Below, piece after piece: positions 52,562 through 61,933 of a stretch of 64,000 bases of DNA. The position numbers were made by a program, and so were the translations under genes. The notes below the pieces were generated by a model. That model was not told where the DNA came from. It was given only the letters and a program-made list of their open reading frames with translations, and ran no database searches. Source of the stretch: a virus (Duplodnaviria; Caudoviricetes); the IMG/VR virus record IMGVR_UViG_3300014019_000011, positions 17,416 through 81,415 of that record. One strand, given 5' to 3'. How positions within the stretch are numbered: position 1 is the first letter of the stretch; every line of letters starts with the position of its first letter.

Positions 52562-53604
52562 GCCGCCCTCCCCGCCGTCGCCGGCTTCGTCTTCTTCGTG
52601 TTGCGGAACCAGTGGATGGCGAGCGCCTTCCAGAGCGGCCACTTGTGCGAAAGCGAGATGCGCTTGCCCTCGTCCTGGTCGACGAGCCACGAGCCGGTGA
52701 TCGCCTCCGTCAGCGCTTCGGGCGTGATGGCGTGCCGGTATTCGTCGTCGGTCAGCAGCAGTTCGACGGCCTTGATCTGGGGCGCGAGGATCGGGGCCAT
52801 GCCTGCCTTCGACAGCACCTCAAGGATGATCCGGGCCTTCGTCGCGCCGCGGGCGTCGACGAGCTTCGCGATTGCGTTGATGGCCACCGTGTCGCCCGGC
52901 TCGAAGTTCTTCACCGAATACTGCAGCACGCGGACGCCGGCTTTCGTGCAAACCTGATCGATGGTCAGCGCGTCCTCGTCCTGCGCGACAAGCGCGGCCT
53001 GGTGAAGCTGGAGCGGCGTCACGTTGAGCCGCTGCGTGTTCTGGCCCACGAATGCAGCCGCCTGCGCGGAAGTCTCCCGGGCTTCGCAGATCATGACCGG
53101 GATCATGGTGATGCCGGGATGGCTGGCGGCCGCAATCGCCGTGTGCTGCCCGTCGAGCACCTTCAAGACGGTTTCCCCGTCGTGCTCGGCATAGGCGCAG
53201 ATCGGCGGCTTGAAGCGGTTCCAGTCGAAGCGCTCAAGTATTTGTCGGATCTGGCGAAGGCCGCGCTCCCCGATTTCGCGCTGATAGGCGGGATCGACGA
53301 ACAGCGTCTTCGGGTCGACGCGCTCGCAGATCGGTTCCCCGTTCTCAGGCTCGCCGATATCGAGGCCGGAAAGGCTGATCGGCTCGACCGGGCGCAGGCT
53401 TTCGACCGAGCGGAAGGCGCCGGCGCGGATTTCATCGTTCACGGCCTTGATGGCAAGCTTGACCGTCACCTCGTCGACGTCGGGGAACTCGGTGGCGATC
53501 AGCAGGGCGATGAACTGAGCCCGGTCCTCCTCACTGGTCGGCATTCCCTTGCGGCGCAGCTCGTCAATGACGTGGGCGGCGATGGTTTCAGAACGGGAAG
53601 TCAT
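52558..53604 (-). CDS. ParB-N-like (DUF6551-type) protein
   Basis: LFVDPAYQR...VLDGQHTAIAA; GGAGG RBS. Confidence 0.75.
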   Translation of the reverse strand: MTSRSETIAAHVIDELRRKGMPTSEEDRAQFIALLIATEFPDVDEVTVKLAIKAVNDEIRAGAFRSVESLRPVEPISLSGLDIGEPENGEPICERVDPKTLFVDPAYQREIGERGLRQIRQILERFDWNRFKPPICAYAEHDGETVLKVLDGQHTAIAAASHPGITMIPVMICEARETSAQAAAFVGQNTQRLNVTPLQLHQAALVAQDEDALTIDQVCTKAGVRVLQYSVKNFEPGDTVAINAIAKLVDARGATKARIILEVLSKAGMAPILAPQIKAVELLLTDDEYRHAITPEALTEAITGSWLVDQDEGKRISLSHKWPLWKALAIHWFRNTKKTKPATAGRAA

Positions 53605-54289
53605 CGGAACCTCCGTTCGGAACCGCAGATATAGCCTCCATCGCTTGCCGGTCGTGGCGCCAGTTTGGACCCGCCTGCGCATTAATCCCATCGCGGCCGG
53701 AAACATAGATTCCGTTATGACCGCCATACGTTTCGAAGACGAAGCCGTCGAGCTTAATGGCAACGCTCTCGGCATCCTCTTCAGTAGCTTCGTCCGACAG
53801 CCGCGCCTCGTAAACTGCGCATCCTTGACTGTCGCAAAAGAGGCCCTTCACCGAAGGCGTATGATCCCCCAGGTCGCGGACCATTTGCACCATGATCTCC
53901 ATTTCTCGGGCTTTCTGATATCGGCTGGAGATCGAGACACCGCGGTACTCCAGGCTCGTCAGCGGCGTCGTCGGCACTTTCTCGTCATCTCCGCCCCGCG
54001 CGGCCACAGCCGCGACGAAATCGGCCTTCGAGACAAGAGGAATTTCCGGAAGGTCATCCGCGCCCTTGTCTTTGAGGCGACGAGCATCGACCTCGTAAAC
54101 CACCCGTTCCACATCGGCCCACCGAAGCCCGAAAATCTTCGTGTCAGCCAGCAGTTTTCCGCGAACCTCAAGCCAGTCCGTTTCAGGGATAGCTGACCAT
54201 CTGTTGACCAGTTCATCACGAGCCAAAATCTGAACGTGGATGACGTCGGTAATCGCCTCACGAACGGCATTCGAAAGATCGTTGAGCAT
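53588..54289 (-). CDS. hypothetical protein, AT-richer than neighbours
   Basis: GGGAG RBS before ATG 54289, right after helicase stop. Confidence 0.6.
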   Translation of the reverse strand: MLNDLSNAVREAITDVIHVQILARDELVNRWSAIPETDWLEVRGKLLADTKIFGLRWADVERVVYEVDARRLKDKGADDLPEIPLVSKADFVAAVAARGGDDEKVPTTPLTSLEYRGVSISSRYQKAREMEIMVQMVRDLGDHTPSVKGLFCDSQGCAVYEARLSDEATEEDAESVAIKLDGFVFETYGGHNGIYVSGRDGINAQAGPNWRHDRQAMEAISAVPNGGSDDFPF

Positions 54290-54290
54290 T

Positions 54291-55835
54291 TCAGTTTCTC
54301 CCAGTTGTTGCCGGCCAAAGCGGATCAGCACCGCAAAGGGATCGGTATCCTTCGATTTCAGGGACATATTCGAGGGTGACGTCGCCCTTCTTGCCGGACC
54401 ACGAAAAGCGAGCCTTCTTGATCCAGACAACCGTCTCTTTCAGCGTCGGATCTGGCACGTCGATGATGACGCCGTGGTCTGGCTTGTTGTACCAAGCGGC
54501 CGAACCTTCGATGTCGTAGAGCGTGGGTGTACGGGACTCGCCGCCCTTGCCCACGTCCTTGGTCGGATGCGCGAGCACGATAGCCAAGACCTCGTATTTC
54601 AGCGCGAAGCGCCTGATCTGGCGAAGAGATCGGTTGACGTACTGTGTTTCGCTCTCGTGCTTGGGGCGGGCGTGCTCAACTTCATTCCACGGGTCGATGA
54701 CGAGCACGCGGATACCGTACCGAAGGACGGCGTCTGCCGCGCGCTCCAGCAACCATTCGAGCGTCATATCCTCGCCCGTGTCGTCGACGGGGTCCGCGTC
54801 GATGAAGATGAAATGCTCTTGGATGAAGGCATCGGCTTCGGCAACGATGCCGCGCGTCCATTCCTTCGCCGCAACGCCCGAGGCGGCAAGCCTCAGTTTG
54901 AACCGAAGCGCCGGCACCGTCGGTATTTCGAACGACGCGACTGCAGTTCTCCACCCGTGCTGGCGCGCCAGGTTGGCGCACAGGTTCATTGTCCAGGTAC
55001 TCTTGCCGTGGCCCGGGATACCAGAGACGACAAGCAGCTCTCCAAGCCAGAGCATCAGGTAATCGTCGAGGCAAGGCCAGCCTGTCGAATACGCTTTCGG
55101 CTCGCTCACCTCGGGATAGTCGGATAGCTGGTAGACACCTTTCACGGGATATGGCTTGGCGCCATGGATGACGCGCACGACAGCGTCGGGGCCGTGCTTC
55201 ATTCGAACATCGTTGAGGTCTTTACAACCCTCCGGATATGTCACGAACGAGCAACGGGCCGCGCCGAACCTCCGCACCAGCTCCGCGGCGAGACGTTGCC
55301 CCGGCCCGTCGTTATCGACGGCAAGGATGAAACGCTTGATGCGCTTTACGCGGTCCCGGTTGTTGTAGACGAATTCGAACTTGCCGGTGCGATCCTGCTC
55401 GGGGTCGGCCTCTTCAAGGCTTTCCGGGTCCTCACCGTCACGAACAGGCGGAGCGCCATCGGGGACGGATACGGTCGTGTCGAAGCCGCAGTCGATGGCC
55501 GTCAGACCGTCAATCTCGCCCTCGGTGACGATCAAGGCCTTGCGGCCGTCCTCAAGCGCCGTGTCGTCCATGCAGTCGGCGTTCCAGAACGTCTTGCGTC
55601 CGCCCTTCCGCTGCCAGAACCGCTTGCCCGCCGCCCGGTACTTTTCGCCGACCGGCTTGCCACCGTCGATAAACGGGAAAACGATGATGTTGCCGCCCGG
55701 GTCAGGCGTCACCACCACATCGCCGTCAGCATCCGTGGCGGTACTACCCGTATAGACCCCGGAATGTCTTGCTATGTCCGGATCGACCATCCGGTTTTGA
55801 AACGCTTTGACCCCGTTTGGCCCCAGGACGTTCAT
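54291..55835 (-). CDS. T7 gp4/Twinkle-like primase-helicase lacking zinc-binding domain
   Basis: TOPRIM (IVTEGEIDGL, LAVDNDGPG, KDLND) plus DnaB-like helicase (SGIPGHGKST, VIDPWN, LAHPTK, IEGSAAW). Confidence 0.9.
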   Translation of the reverse strand: MNVLGPNGVKAFQNRMVDPDIARHSGVYTGSTATDADGDVVVTPDPGGNIIVFPFIDGGKPVGEKYRAAGKRFWQRKGGRKTFWNADCMDDTALEDGRKALIVTEGEIDGLTAIDCGFDTTVSVPDGAPPVRDGEDPESLEEADPEQDRTGKFEFVYNNRDRVKRIKRFILAVDNDGPGQRLAAELVRRFGAARCSFVTYPEGCKDLNDVRMKHGPDAVVRVIHGAKPYPVKGVYQLSDYPEVSEPKAYSTGWPCLDDYLMLWLGELLVVSGIPGHGKSTWTMNLCANLARQHGWRTAVASFEIPTVPALRFKLRLAASGVAAKEWTRGIVAEADAFIQEHFIFIDADPVDDTGEDMTLEWLLERAADAVLRYGIRVLVIDPWNEVEHARPKHESETQYVNRSLRQIRRFALKYEVLAIVLAHPTKDVGKGGESRTPTLYDIEGSAAWYNKPDHGVIIDVPDPTLKETVVWIKKARFSWSGKKGDVTLEYVPEIEGYRSLCGADPLWPATTGRN

Positions 55836-56034
55836 CGTAAAATTCTCCACCGTGAAATCCGCAGTGATGGCAGTTGAAGCGCACGCCGTCGGATGCGATC
55901 TCGACCGACAGGCAAGGCTCTCGTTTGTTCTTCCGCGCCGGTGAGCACCGGGGACACGTCGTTTTCTGATTTCCGGGTGCGATCCGTCGAACACGGATTC
56001 CGTGACTGGTCAGGATCTCGTCGGCCGATTTCAT
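55744..56034 (-). CDS. stand-alone primase zinc-binding domain
   Basis: TTCPRCS...FNCHHCG; different frame from the primase-helicase. Confidence 0.8.
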   Translation of the reverse strand: MKSADEILTSHGIRVRRIAPGNQKTTCPRCSPARKNKREPCLSVEIASDGVRFNCHHCGFHGGEFYDERPGAKRGQSVSKPDGRSGHSKTFRGLYG

Positions 56035-56795
56035 ATCCGACCGTCCCTCCTCGACCTTTGCCCCCCACCAGCTTCGCGCTCAGCCTTTGCTGCGTTCGCC
56101 CGGTCGGTTGCCTCTCGCTGTTTTTTCGCCAGCGCCCCACTGACCGCGCCGAACCATTTCTTGCCCTGTTTGCCTGCCCACTCATCGAGTGACCAAAGCT
56201 CAGCCTCCAGCGACAAGAGGGGGAATGCCTTCTGCCATTTCTCGAAATCCGTCGTCGTCAAACGGATGGTCTTGGCCTCGAAGGCATAGGACTTTGGCGG
56301 CTTGCCGCCCGGATCGGGGGTATTATCGTCAATGATAACTCCTCTCCTCTCCTCTCCATCCTCCTCTACTCTCCTCTCCATCTGCGAGAGGTTTTCTCCG
56401 TTTCGCGGAAACGGCCCTTCTTCATCGGCATCGATTTCGGAAATGTTCGGAGTTAAGCCGACGTATTTCCGTAAGTCGTCAGTGATGGGGTGAATGTCGT
56501 TCGGGAATTTGGGGCGCTGAAACTTACGGAAATTGCGAATTGCTCCGAACTGTCGGCCGTCGATTTCGTAATCGCATATGGCGTTAATTGCCTTGAGTTC
56601 GGCAAGAAGGTCCGAAACATCGATGTTATCGGCCGGGAAGATGCGCATCTTGAGCATGATCGGCTTCCACTCGAATACGCCCTTGTCGTCGGCCTGAACG
56701 CCCAGCCCGAGAAAGAGGAGGCGAGCGAACGCGCTGACAGAGACAAGGTTTTCGTCGGTGAAAAAGCCGTCGTGGATTGAACGAATGCGAGCCAT
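56031..56795 (-). CDS. phage replication initiator (O-like)
   Basis: MARIRSI...FFTDE...RLLFLGL...ADDKG...NFRKFQRP. Confidence 0.8.
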   Translation of the reverse strand: MARIRSIHDGFFTDENLVSVSAFARLLFLGLGVQADDKGVFEWKPIMLKMRIFPADNIDVSDLLAELKAINAICDYEIDGRQFGAIRNFRKFQRPKFPNDIHPITDDLRKYVGLTPNISEIDADEEGPFPRNGENLSQMERRVEEDGEERRGVIIDDNTPDPGGKPPKSYAFEAKTIRLTTTDFEKWQKAFPLLSLEAELWSLDEWAGKQGKKWFGAVSGALAKKQREATDRANAAKAEREAGGGQRSRRDGRI

Positions 56796-56796
56796 G

Positions 56797-57072
56797 TCAG
56801 CCGGCCCTCCTTATAGAAAGCCAGCGCCAGAAGAGCGCCGCGGCAATATAGGCGTCACGAAGCGACTGCGTTTTGCGCAGCTCGCCCAGGGCGTCGAGGT
56901 AGTCGTCCCAGGCGTCCCGCTCCCGGTTGTGATCGTCGGCGCCGGCCCCAGGCGGCTCCGGCAGGCAAACTTCTGCTTTGGAAGTTTGGTCTCCCCCCGT
57001 GTTCGCTTTCCTCGGCGCTGAAAAGCCGGGTTTGAGGCGGACCCGGCTTTTCCGGTCTCGGGGCTGGGGCAT
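56797..57072 (-). CDS. hypothetical protein (cII position); start inside tandem repeat
   Basis: GGGAG RBS plus ATG carried by repeat unit. Confidence 0.45.
   Translation of the reverse strand: MPQPRDRKSRVRLKPGFSAPRKANTGGDQTSKAEVCLPEPPGAGADDHNRERDAWDDYLDALGELRKTQSLRDAYIAAALFWRWLSIRRAG
57021..57051 (-). terminator. tR1-like terminator downstream of cro
   Basis: AAAAGCCGGGT-9 nt-ACCCGGCTTTT perfect 11-bp inverted repeat. Confidence 0.7.
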
Positions 57073-57128
57073 CCGGGCGTCTCCCGGTCTCGGGGCTGGG
57101 GCATCCGGGCGTCTCCCGGTCTCGGGGC
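57052..57128. repeat. 32-bp tandem repeat, ~2.4 copies
   Basis: CCGGTCTCGGGGCTGGGGCATCCGGGCGTCTC at 57052 and 57084, partial at 57116. Confidence 0.95.
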
Positions 57129-57129
57129 G

Positions 57130-57366
57130 TCATCCATGCACCCGTCGATAGAGCTTCATCTTCCGGGCCCGGTCGACCCGCTTTGCCATTGTCTGACTTT
57201 TCCGGATGAACTGATGAAGGACGCGTTCCATGACTGGAGTAATGACCCCGCCATTTTCGATCCTCCACACGGTCGACTGATTGCATCCGATTTCACGGGC
57301 AAGGTCATATGTCGACCATCCCCGCTGCTGACGCATTTCCTTTACGGCCTCGCCCGTCACCGTCAT
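57130..57366 (-). CDS. Cro-like HTH regulator
   Basis: VKEMRQQRGWSTYDLAREIGCNQSTVWRIENG; divergent from repressor. Confidence 0.85.
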   Translation of the reverse strand: MTVTGEAVKEMRQQRGWSTYDLAREIGCNQSTVWRIENGGVITPVMERVLHQFIRKSQTMAKRVDRARKMKLYRRVHG

Positions 57367-57394
57367 ATGCAAATCTCCATAATTCGATTTGCAT
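57367..57394. promoter_or_regulatory. inverted repeat in cro/cI switch (putative operator)
   Basis: ATGCAAATC-10 nt-GATTTGCAT. Confidence 0.5.
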
Positions 57395-57481
57395 TAATGA
57401 TGCGATAAGCACGTTTGCAAGTCAATGCCCCGCGCACGACTGTCTCATGCTATATGAATTACATCATGCAGAGAGGCGCAC

Positions 57482-58204
57482 ATGCAACAGCACGAAAGAC
57501 TGAAAGAAGCTAGGCTAGAGGCTGGATACAAGACAGCGAGCGAGGCTGCATTGGCCACCGGCGCCAATGTGGCGACGTACATAGGACACGAGAACGGAAA
57601 TCGTCGACTGACGGTCAGTACGGCCGAACGATATGCTTCAGCATTCAATGTGCGAGCTTCTTGGCTTCTCACAGGAGAGATGCCCAAACACTACGCAAGC
57701 TGGGAAGCCTTCGACGGCATTCAGCAGGATAATCTCGCACCCGCCGAAGCATGGGGTCGCTTCAGGCCTGGACGCCGCTTTCATGGCACAACTGAGAATT
57801 CAGTGGCTGAAATCGACCCCTTCACCGCTGGCGCTGAAACCAATGAGTTTGAAGTCACTAGCGCCTGGTCCTTTCCGACCGACTACATCACAAATACCCT
57901 ACAACTCCGCCCTGAAAACATATGCCTTGTGACCGTGCCAGACGACAGCGCTGCTCCAACGCTTTCGAGCGGAGATCGCGCGATTGTGGACGCAGGCCAG
58001 ACGACATTCCGCGGCGATGGGATTTACGCAATTCGAGACGAGGACGGGCAGATTCATCTGCGGCACCTTACAAAGGTGATATTCAAAAAGGCCCCAGATC
58101 AAGAGATTGCTGTTGCCACCGAAAAACCGTCACAATGGTTTTATGCCCGCCAAAGCGATATAGAAATTTTTGGGAAAGTCGTGGGGCGCGTCGGAAAGAT
58201 ATAA
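57482..58204 (+). CDS. CI-like repressor (XRE HTH plus S24-like C-terminal domain)
   Basis: RLKEARLEAG...YIGHENG; VPDDSAAPTLSSGD (catalytic Ser region atypical). Confidence 0.85.
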   Translation: MQQHERLKEARLEAGYKTASEAALATGANVATYIGHENGNRRLTVSTAERYASAFNVRASWLLTGEMPKHYASWEAFDGIQQDNLAPAEAWGRFRPGRRFHGTTENSVAEIDPFTAGAETNEFEVTSAWSFPTDYITNTLQLRPENICLVTVPDDSAAPTLSSGDRAIVDAGQTTFRGDGIYAIRDEDGQIHLRHLTKVIFKKAPDQEIAVATEKPSQWFYARQSDIEIFGKVVGRVGKI

Positions 58205-58291
58205 TGCGCTTTGAATTATTTTTGATGCAATCGGAATTGACATCATAAATTCCTCGTGCATTATCGGCTTCGGTTAACCACTGGAGCCGAC

Positions 58292-58828
58292 ATGAGCACG
58301 CAGCCACCCACAAGCCTCGCCACTGCCGTACGAACCGCAGTGCGCCGTGAACGCGAAGCGCAGTCGCTAACCCGCGACGATCTCTCAGCTCGCGCCAAGA
58401 TCTCAGCGTCGGCACTGGCGAAGCTTGAAAATGGAGGCCGCGGAATATCCTTGGAGATGCTTGGCGTTCTCGCCGCGGCGCTTGACCGGCCCGCATCGGC
58501 ATTTCTTCCCGATAGCACAAATTTCGCAAAGCCTGGGCTTGTCCAGCCCCTCGACAGGGCTTTGCCGGAGCAGGAGGCGCGGGAGGTGGAGGTCAGGACC
58601 GCCGTTGATGCCACCCGCGTCTCCGAGCTGCGCGACGAGATCGAAACCGCCTACGATTTGATGACGGTGCTGGACAAAGCCGGTGACGGCATCGGGGGCG
58701 ATGTCGGACATGGCATCTCGGCGGTGGCACTCGCCGCGCGCGCAGCGCTGGACAATGCGCGATCGACGCTCAAGGCCCTGGATGCCTCGAGCGGGTCACG
58801 CGCATGCGCGTGCGAGGAGGAGGCGTGA
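58292..58828 (+). CDS. XRE-family HTH protein
   Basis: RREREAQSLTRDDLSARAKISASALAKLENG. Confidence 0.8.
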   Translation: MSTQPPTSLATAVRTAVRREREAQSLTRDDLSARAKISASALAKLENGGRGISLEMLGVLAAALDRPASAFLPDSTNFAKPGLVQPLDRALPEQEAREVEVRTAVDATRVSELRDEIETAYDLMTVLDKAGDGIGGDVGHGISAVALAARAALDNARSTLKALDASSGSRACACEEEA

Positions 58829-58832
58829 TGCG

Positions 58833-59210
58833 TCAGTCGTCGGGCGGCACGAAACGGGTGAACTTGCCATGATTGTATGCGTGCTCTTTCGCCGCCTCAC
58901 GCTCCTCCGGCGTCATCTCGGCAGAGCGCGAGATGTCGAGGATGAGATGATCCAGATCATCTGCAAGCGACATCAACAGGGTTTTACCCTTGAATTTCTT
59001 GAGCATTTCAATCGAGGTTCGAACGTCCGAGACTACCTCCTCAAGCGAGATTGGCCTCGGATATGCCCCTTCGAGCGTCGTAACAATTTCGGCATTCATG
59101 CTTCGATTATTCATCTCGGCTGCCGCTTTGATGCGCTCTCGCAAGCCATCCGGCATGCGGAGAAGGAATTTGTCCAGCTCTTCGTTCGGGGTTTTTGGTG
59201 CTTTTCCCAT
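58833..59210 (-). CDS. Arc/Mnt-family ribbon-helix-helix repressor
   Basis: KFLLRMPDGLRERIKAAAEMNNRSMNAEIV. Confidence 0.9.
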   Translation of the reverse strand: MGKAPKTPNEELDKFLLRMPDGLRERIKAAAEMNNRSMNAEIVTTLEGAYPRPISLEEVVSDVRTSIEMLKKFKGKTLLMSLADDLDHLILDISRSAEMTPEEREAAKEHAYNHGKFTRFVPPDD

Positions 59211-59223
59211 ACCCACCTCCATA

Positions 59224-59297
59224 ATATCGATCCGATATAAAATAAATGATATCGAAGCGATATAGGAGATTGACAACAGATGATATCGTAACGATAG
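59224..59297. promoter_or_regulatory. three palindromic operators ATATCG-N3-CGATA(T/G) and TTGACA promoter
   Basis: 59224-59238, 59249-59263, 59283-59297; TTGACA 59270-59275. Confidence 0.8.
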
Positions 59298-59318
59298 TAC
59301 GGTTAAAGGACGGTAAAC

Positions 59319-59492
59319 ATGAAGAAGGAAACCATCGGCCTTATGGTTCGCCTGCCCCACGACATCAAGTCGTTCGTAGCGCAGCAGTCGGACCGCAACG
59401 GAAGCTCGCAGAACAGCGAAATCATCCGCGCAGTGCGCGAGAGGATGGAACGGGTTCAGCGGGAGGAAATGCCGGCACCGGCCGGTCAGTAG
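59319..59492 (+). CDS. Arc-family repressor (57 aa, not in ORF track)
   Basis: GLMVRLPHDIKSFVAQQSDRNGSSQNSEII. Confidence 0.85.
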   Translation: MKKETIGLMVRLPHDIKSFVAQQSDRNGSSQNSEIIRAVRERMERVQREEMPAPAGQ

Positions 59493-59568
59493 CAGCAAAC
59501 GGGGAAGTGTTTCTCAGGCCCAACCCCGCCCGCTGCCGTCACCATACAGAAGGAAAGGAAACCGTCCG

Positions 59569-60369
59569 ATGGATCATCCGGGCGATAGCACAGGTACGCC
59601 GAAAAATCCACTGGTCTACCAAGGCCATGTGATCGGCGACAAAGGCGACGACCTCAACCTCACAGATATGTGGAGGGCTGCGGGCGAGCCGGAAAACAAA
59701 CGTCCCGCGGAATGGGCGCGGAAAGAGGGCGCTGGCTTTATCGAAGCCGTCTCGCTTTCCCATAATATGCCCCACAGCCATATTATGAAGACGCAGCGTG
59801 GAAAGGGCGGCGCGACTTTCGCTCACTGGCAGGTTGGCATCGCCTACGCGAAGTATCTCGACCATGGCTTCCACATGTGGGCAAACACCGCCGTCCGCGA
59901 GAAGATGGAAGGGAAGCCGGTAGGGCTTGATGCGGAGGCTCTTGAGCGGATTCGCACCGCCGAAGGCATTCTCAAACAGATGAACGGCAAGTTCACGCGC
60001 CTCGCGGCTGAGGCCAGCGCAAAATTCGATACCATGCAAACGAAGATCGATGCTCTTCATTTCGAACTGGAGCGCGTGAACTCCGGCCTACGCCGGACTG
60101 GCGTCACATCGCTCCAGGTCTGGAAGAAATATGACCTGCCGCCACGTATCCGCGGCACGTCGCAATGGCTGACGAGCCGTCTTCTCGCCCTCGGCGCAGA
60201 CATCCCGTTCAACGGTAAGGCCGATATCCACGGCCGGCCGATCCACCTCTTCGACCCCGACAAGGTCGATTACTTCATGACCGAAACCGGCCTCCTCCTC
60301 CAGGCGCGCACCTATGCAGCCGAGCGCAAAGGCCAACTCAAATTCAACCTGAAAGGAAAAGGCAAATGA
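59569..60369 (+). CDS. KilA-N domain antirepressor-like protein
   Basis: LNLTDMWRAAG...RPAEW...GGATFAHWQVGIAYAKYL. Confidence 0.85.
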   Translation: MDHPGDSTGTPKNPLVYQGHVIGDKGDDLNLTDMWRAAGEPENKRPAEWARKEGAGFIEAVSLSHNMPHSHIMKTQRGKGGATFAHWQVGIAYAKYLDHGFHMWANTAVREKMEGKPVGLDAEALERIRTAEGILKQMNGKFTRLAAEASAKFDTMQTKIDALHFELERVNSGLRRTGVTSLQVWKKYDLPPRIRGTSQWLTSRLLALGADIPFNGKADIHGRPIHLFDPDKVDYFMTETGLLLQARTYAAERKGQLKFNLKGKGK

Positions 60370-60758
60370 CCTCCGCAACAACCGAAGCCTCCAAGGTTGC
60401 GCTCCTTCTGGAAATCGCCAGCAAGTCGGTGGACTTCATCGAGCGGCAGCAGACGCGCCGGATCATGCAGGACGCGCTGAACGGCGCTTACGCCAACTGG
60501 CGCGAGGACAACAGCGTTCACCACCGCATCGAGCAGGATTCCGACGAGTGGAAGATGATGATGGACGCTACGGCCTCGGAATACGAGGACCTGTCGGACG
60601 CCAAGCGGGAGGAAGCGAACGCGGCCAAACGACTCCGCCACGCTGTTTTCAAATACAAGAAAGAGATCGACGCCGAAAAGGCGCGTGATGCGGGCCTTGA
60701 ACCGGCTGACGACAAGCGCGTTGATCTCGCCGACATGTACTCGCAATTTCTTCCCTAA
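60366..60758 (+). CDS. hypothetical protein
   Basis: ATGA-coupled. Confidence 0.65.
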   Translation: MTSATTEASKVALLLEIASKSVDFIERQQTRRIMQDALNGAYANWREDNSVHHRIEQDSDEWKMMMDATASEYEDLSDAKREEANAAKRLRHAVFKYKKEIDAEKARDAGLEPADDKRVDLADMYSQFLP

Positions 60759-60857
60759 TGGCTGACGACACAACTCCCGCCAATGGCGGAAGTTAAGACC
60801 GGCTGACGGCGCCCCGCGCGCCTCGCCTCACCCGATTTCATCTTTGAGGATACCACA

Positions 60858-61358
60858 ATGCCGAACACATCGATTCAGGCAGCCGGCGAAGCTATGCCCG
60901 ATGGTAAGGATGGGCACTTTTCGACGAACCTCACGCGCCACAGGGCTCTCGGCCTGCTCGCCGCCGTCGGCGCATCATCTGCCGGCACCGTAGCGGTCTC
61001 GGCCGTCACCACCACCGCGCAGGAGCGGTTCGACCATCATCTCGCAGAGCTGAAGAAGGCGGCCGAAGAACTCGACCCGATGATCGGCAGTTGGCACGTC
61101 GTGCCTATCGATCATGATGGCAAACATTGCGCGGTCGTGATCACCGCGTTCCGCATTTCCGGCCGATATGAGGGCGATGGCGTCTATGAAGGCGGTGAAG
61201 AGCAATGGAACGGCAACCGGATCAAGTGGCGGGTAAGCCTCCTTCCAGACCGCCTGGATGGCGAAAGACTGTTCATGGTCACGACGCTTTCCGGCGGCGA
61301 CCGCATGAAGTTGGTGGAAAGCCGGCTTGAAACCTTCATCGGCAGGAGGCTGGCATGA
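60858..61358 (+). CDS. hypothetical prophage protein
   Basis: GAGG RBS; TRHRALGLLAA twin-Arg-like segment. Confidence 0.65.
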   Translation: MPNTSIQAAGEAMPDGKDGHFSTNLTRHRALGLLAAVGASSAGTVAVSAVTTTAQERFDHHLAELKKAAEELDPMIGSWHVVPIDHDGKHCAVVITAFRISGRYEGDGVYEGGEEQWNGNRIKWRVSLLPDRLDGERLFMVTTLSGGDRMKLVESRLETFIGRRLA

Positions 61359-61933
61359 CAATCGCGGAACTTTACGCCGAATGGCTCTCTATCCTGGAGG
61401 GGCCCGAGGATACCAGGAGCGATGAAGAAATCGAGCGCGAGCCCTCTCGGTATCAAATCCTTCAGAACCTGATCGTGAAGGCGGAGCCGCAAACTCCGCA
61501 AGACGTGGCGATGATGTACCTCGCGGACACCGACGACGGTCAGAGCTTCCGGTCGGAAGAGTTCGACGCACGCATTCGCGAGTTGGCGGCCCAAGGCGTT
61601 ATTGCCGCTCCTTCGTCGTCGCCGCTCGACGTGCTGTTTGAGCGAAAGCACGAGGCTGACAAGCTCCACGATCAGCAGATCAAGATCACCGACGCCTATA
61701 TCGAAGCCGGCACTGCGACCGATGAAGTTTGGGAGGCGCAGTTTGACGCCTGCAACGTGGTGGACGCCATTGTCCTTGAGATTTGCGCTTATCGGCCGGT
61801 CAATGCGGCCGAGCAGGACCGCAAAGCACGTTTCCTGCTCGAATGGACCAAAGCCACCGAGGCCAGCGAGGACGAGGTGAATGCGCTCCTCCAGTCGATG
61901 CTGCTTCCGACCGACGGGAGGGCATCGGAATGA
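61355..61933 (+). CDS. hypothetical acidic protein
   Basis: ATGA-coupled. Confidence 0.65.
   Translation: MTIAELYAEWLSILEGPEDTRSDEEIEREPSRYQILQNLIVKAEPQTPQDVAMMYLADTDDGQSFRSEEFDARIRELAAQGVIAAPSSSPLDVLFERKHEADKLHDQQIKITDAYIEAGTATDEVWEAQFDACNVVDAIVLEICAYRPVNAAEQDRKARFLLEWTKATEASEDEVNALLQSMLLPTDGRASE

Noticed and set aside
56340-56385. Polypurine/polypyrimidine tract in the replication initiator gene as an origin
   Set aside because: Encodes RRVEEDGEERRG linker typical of such proteins; no clear iteron series, so not called
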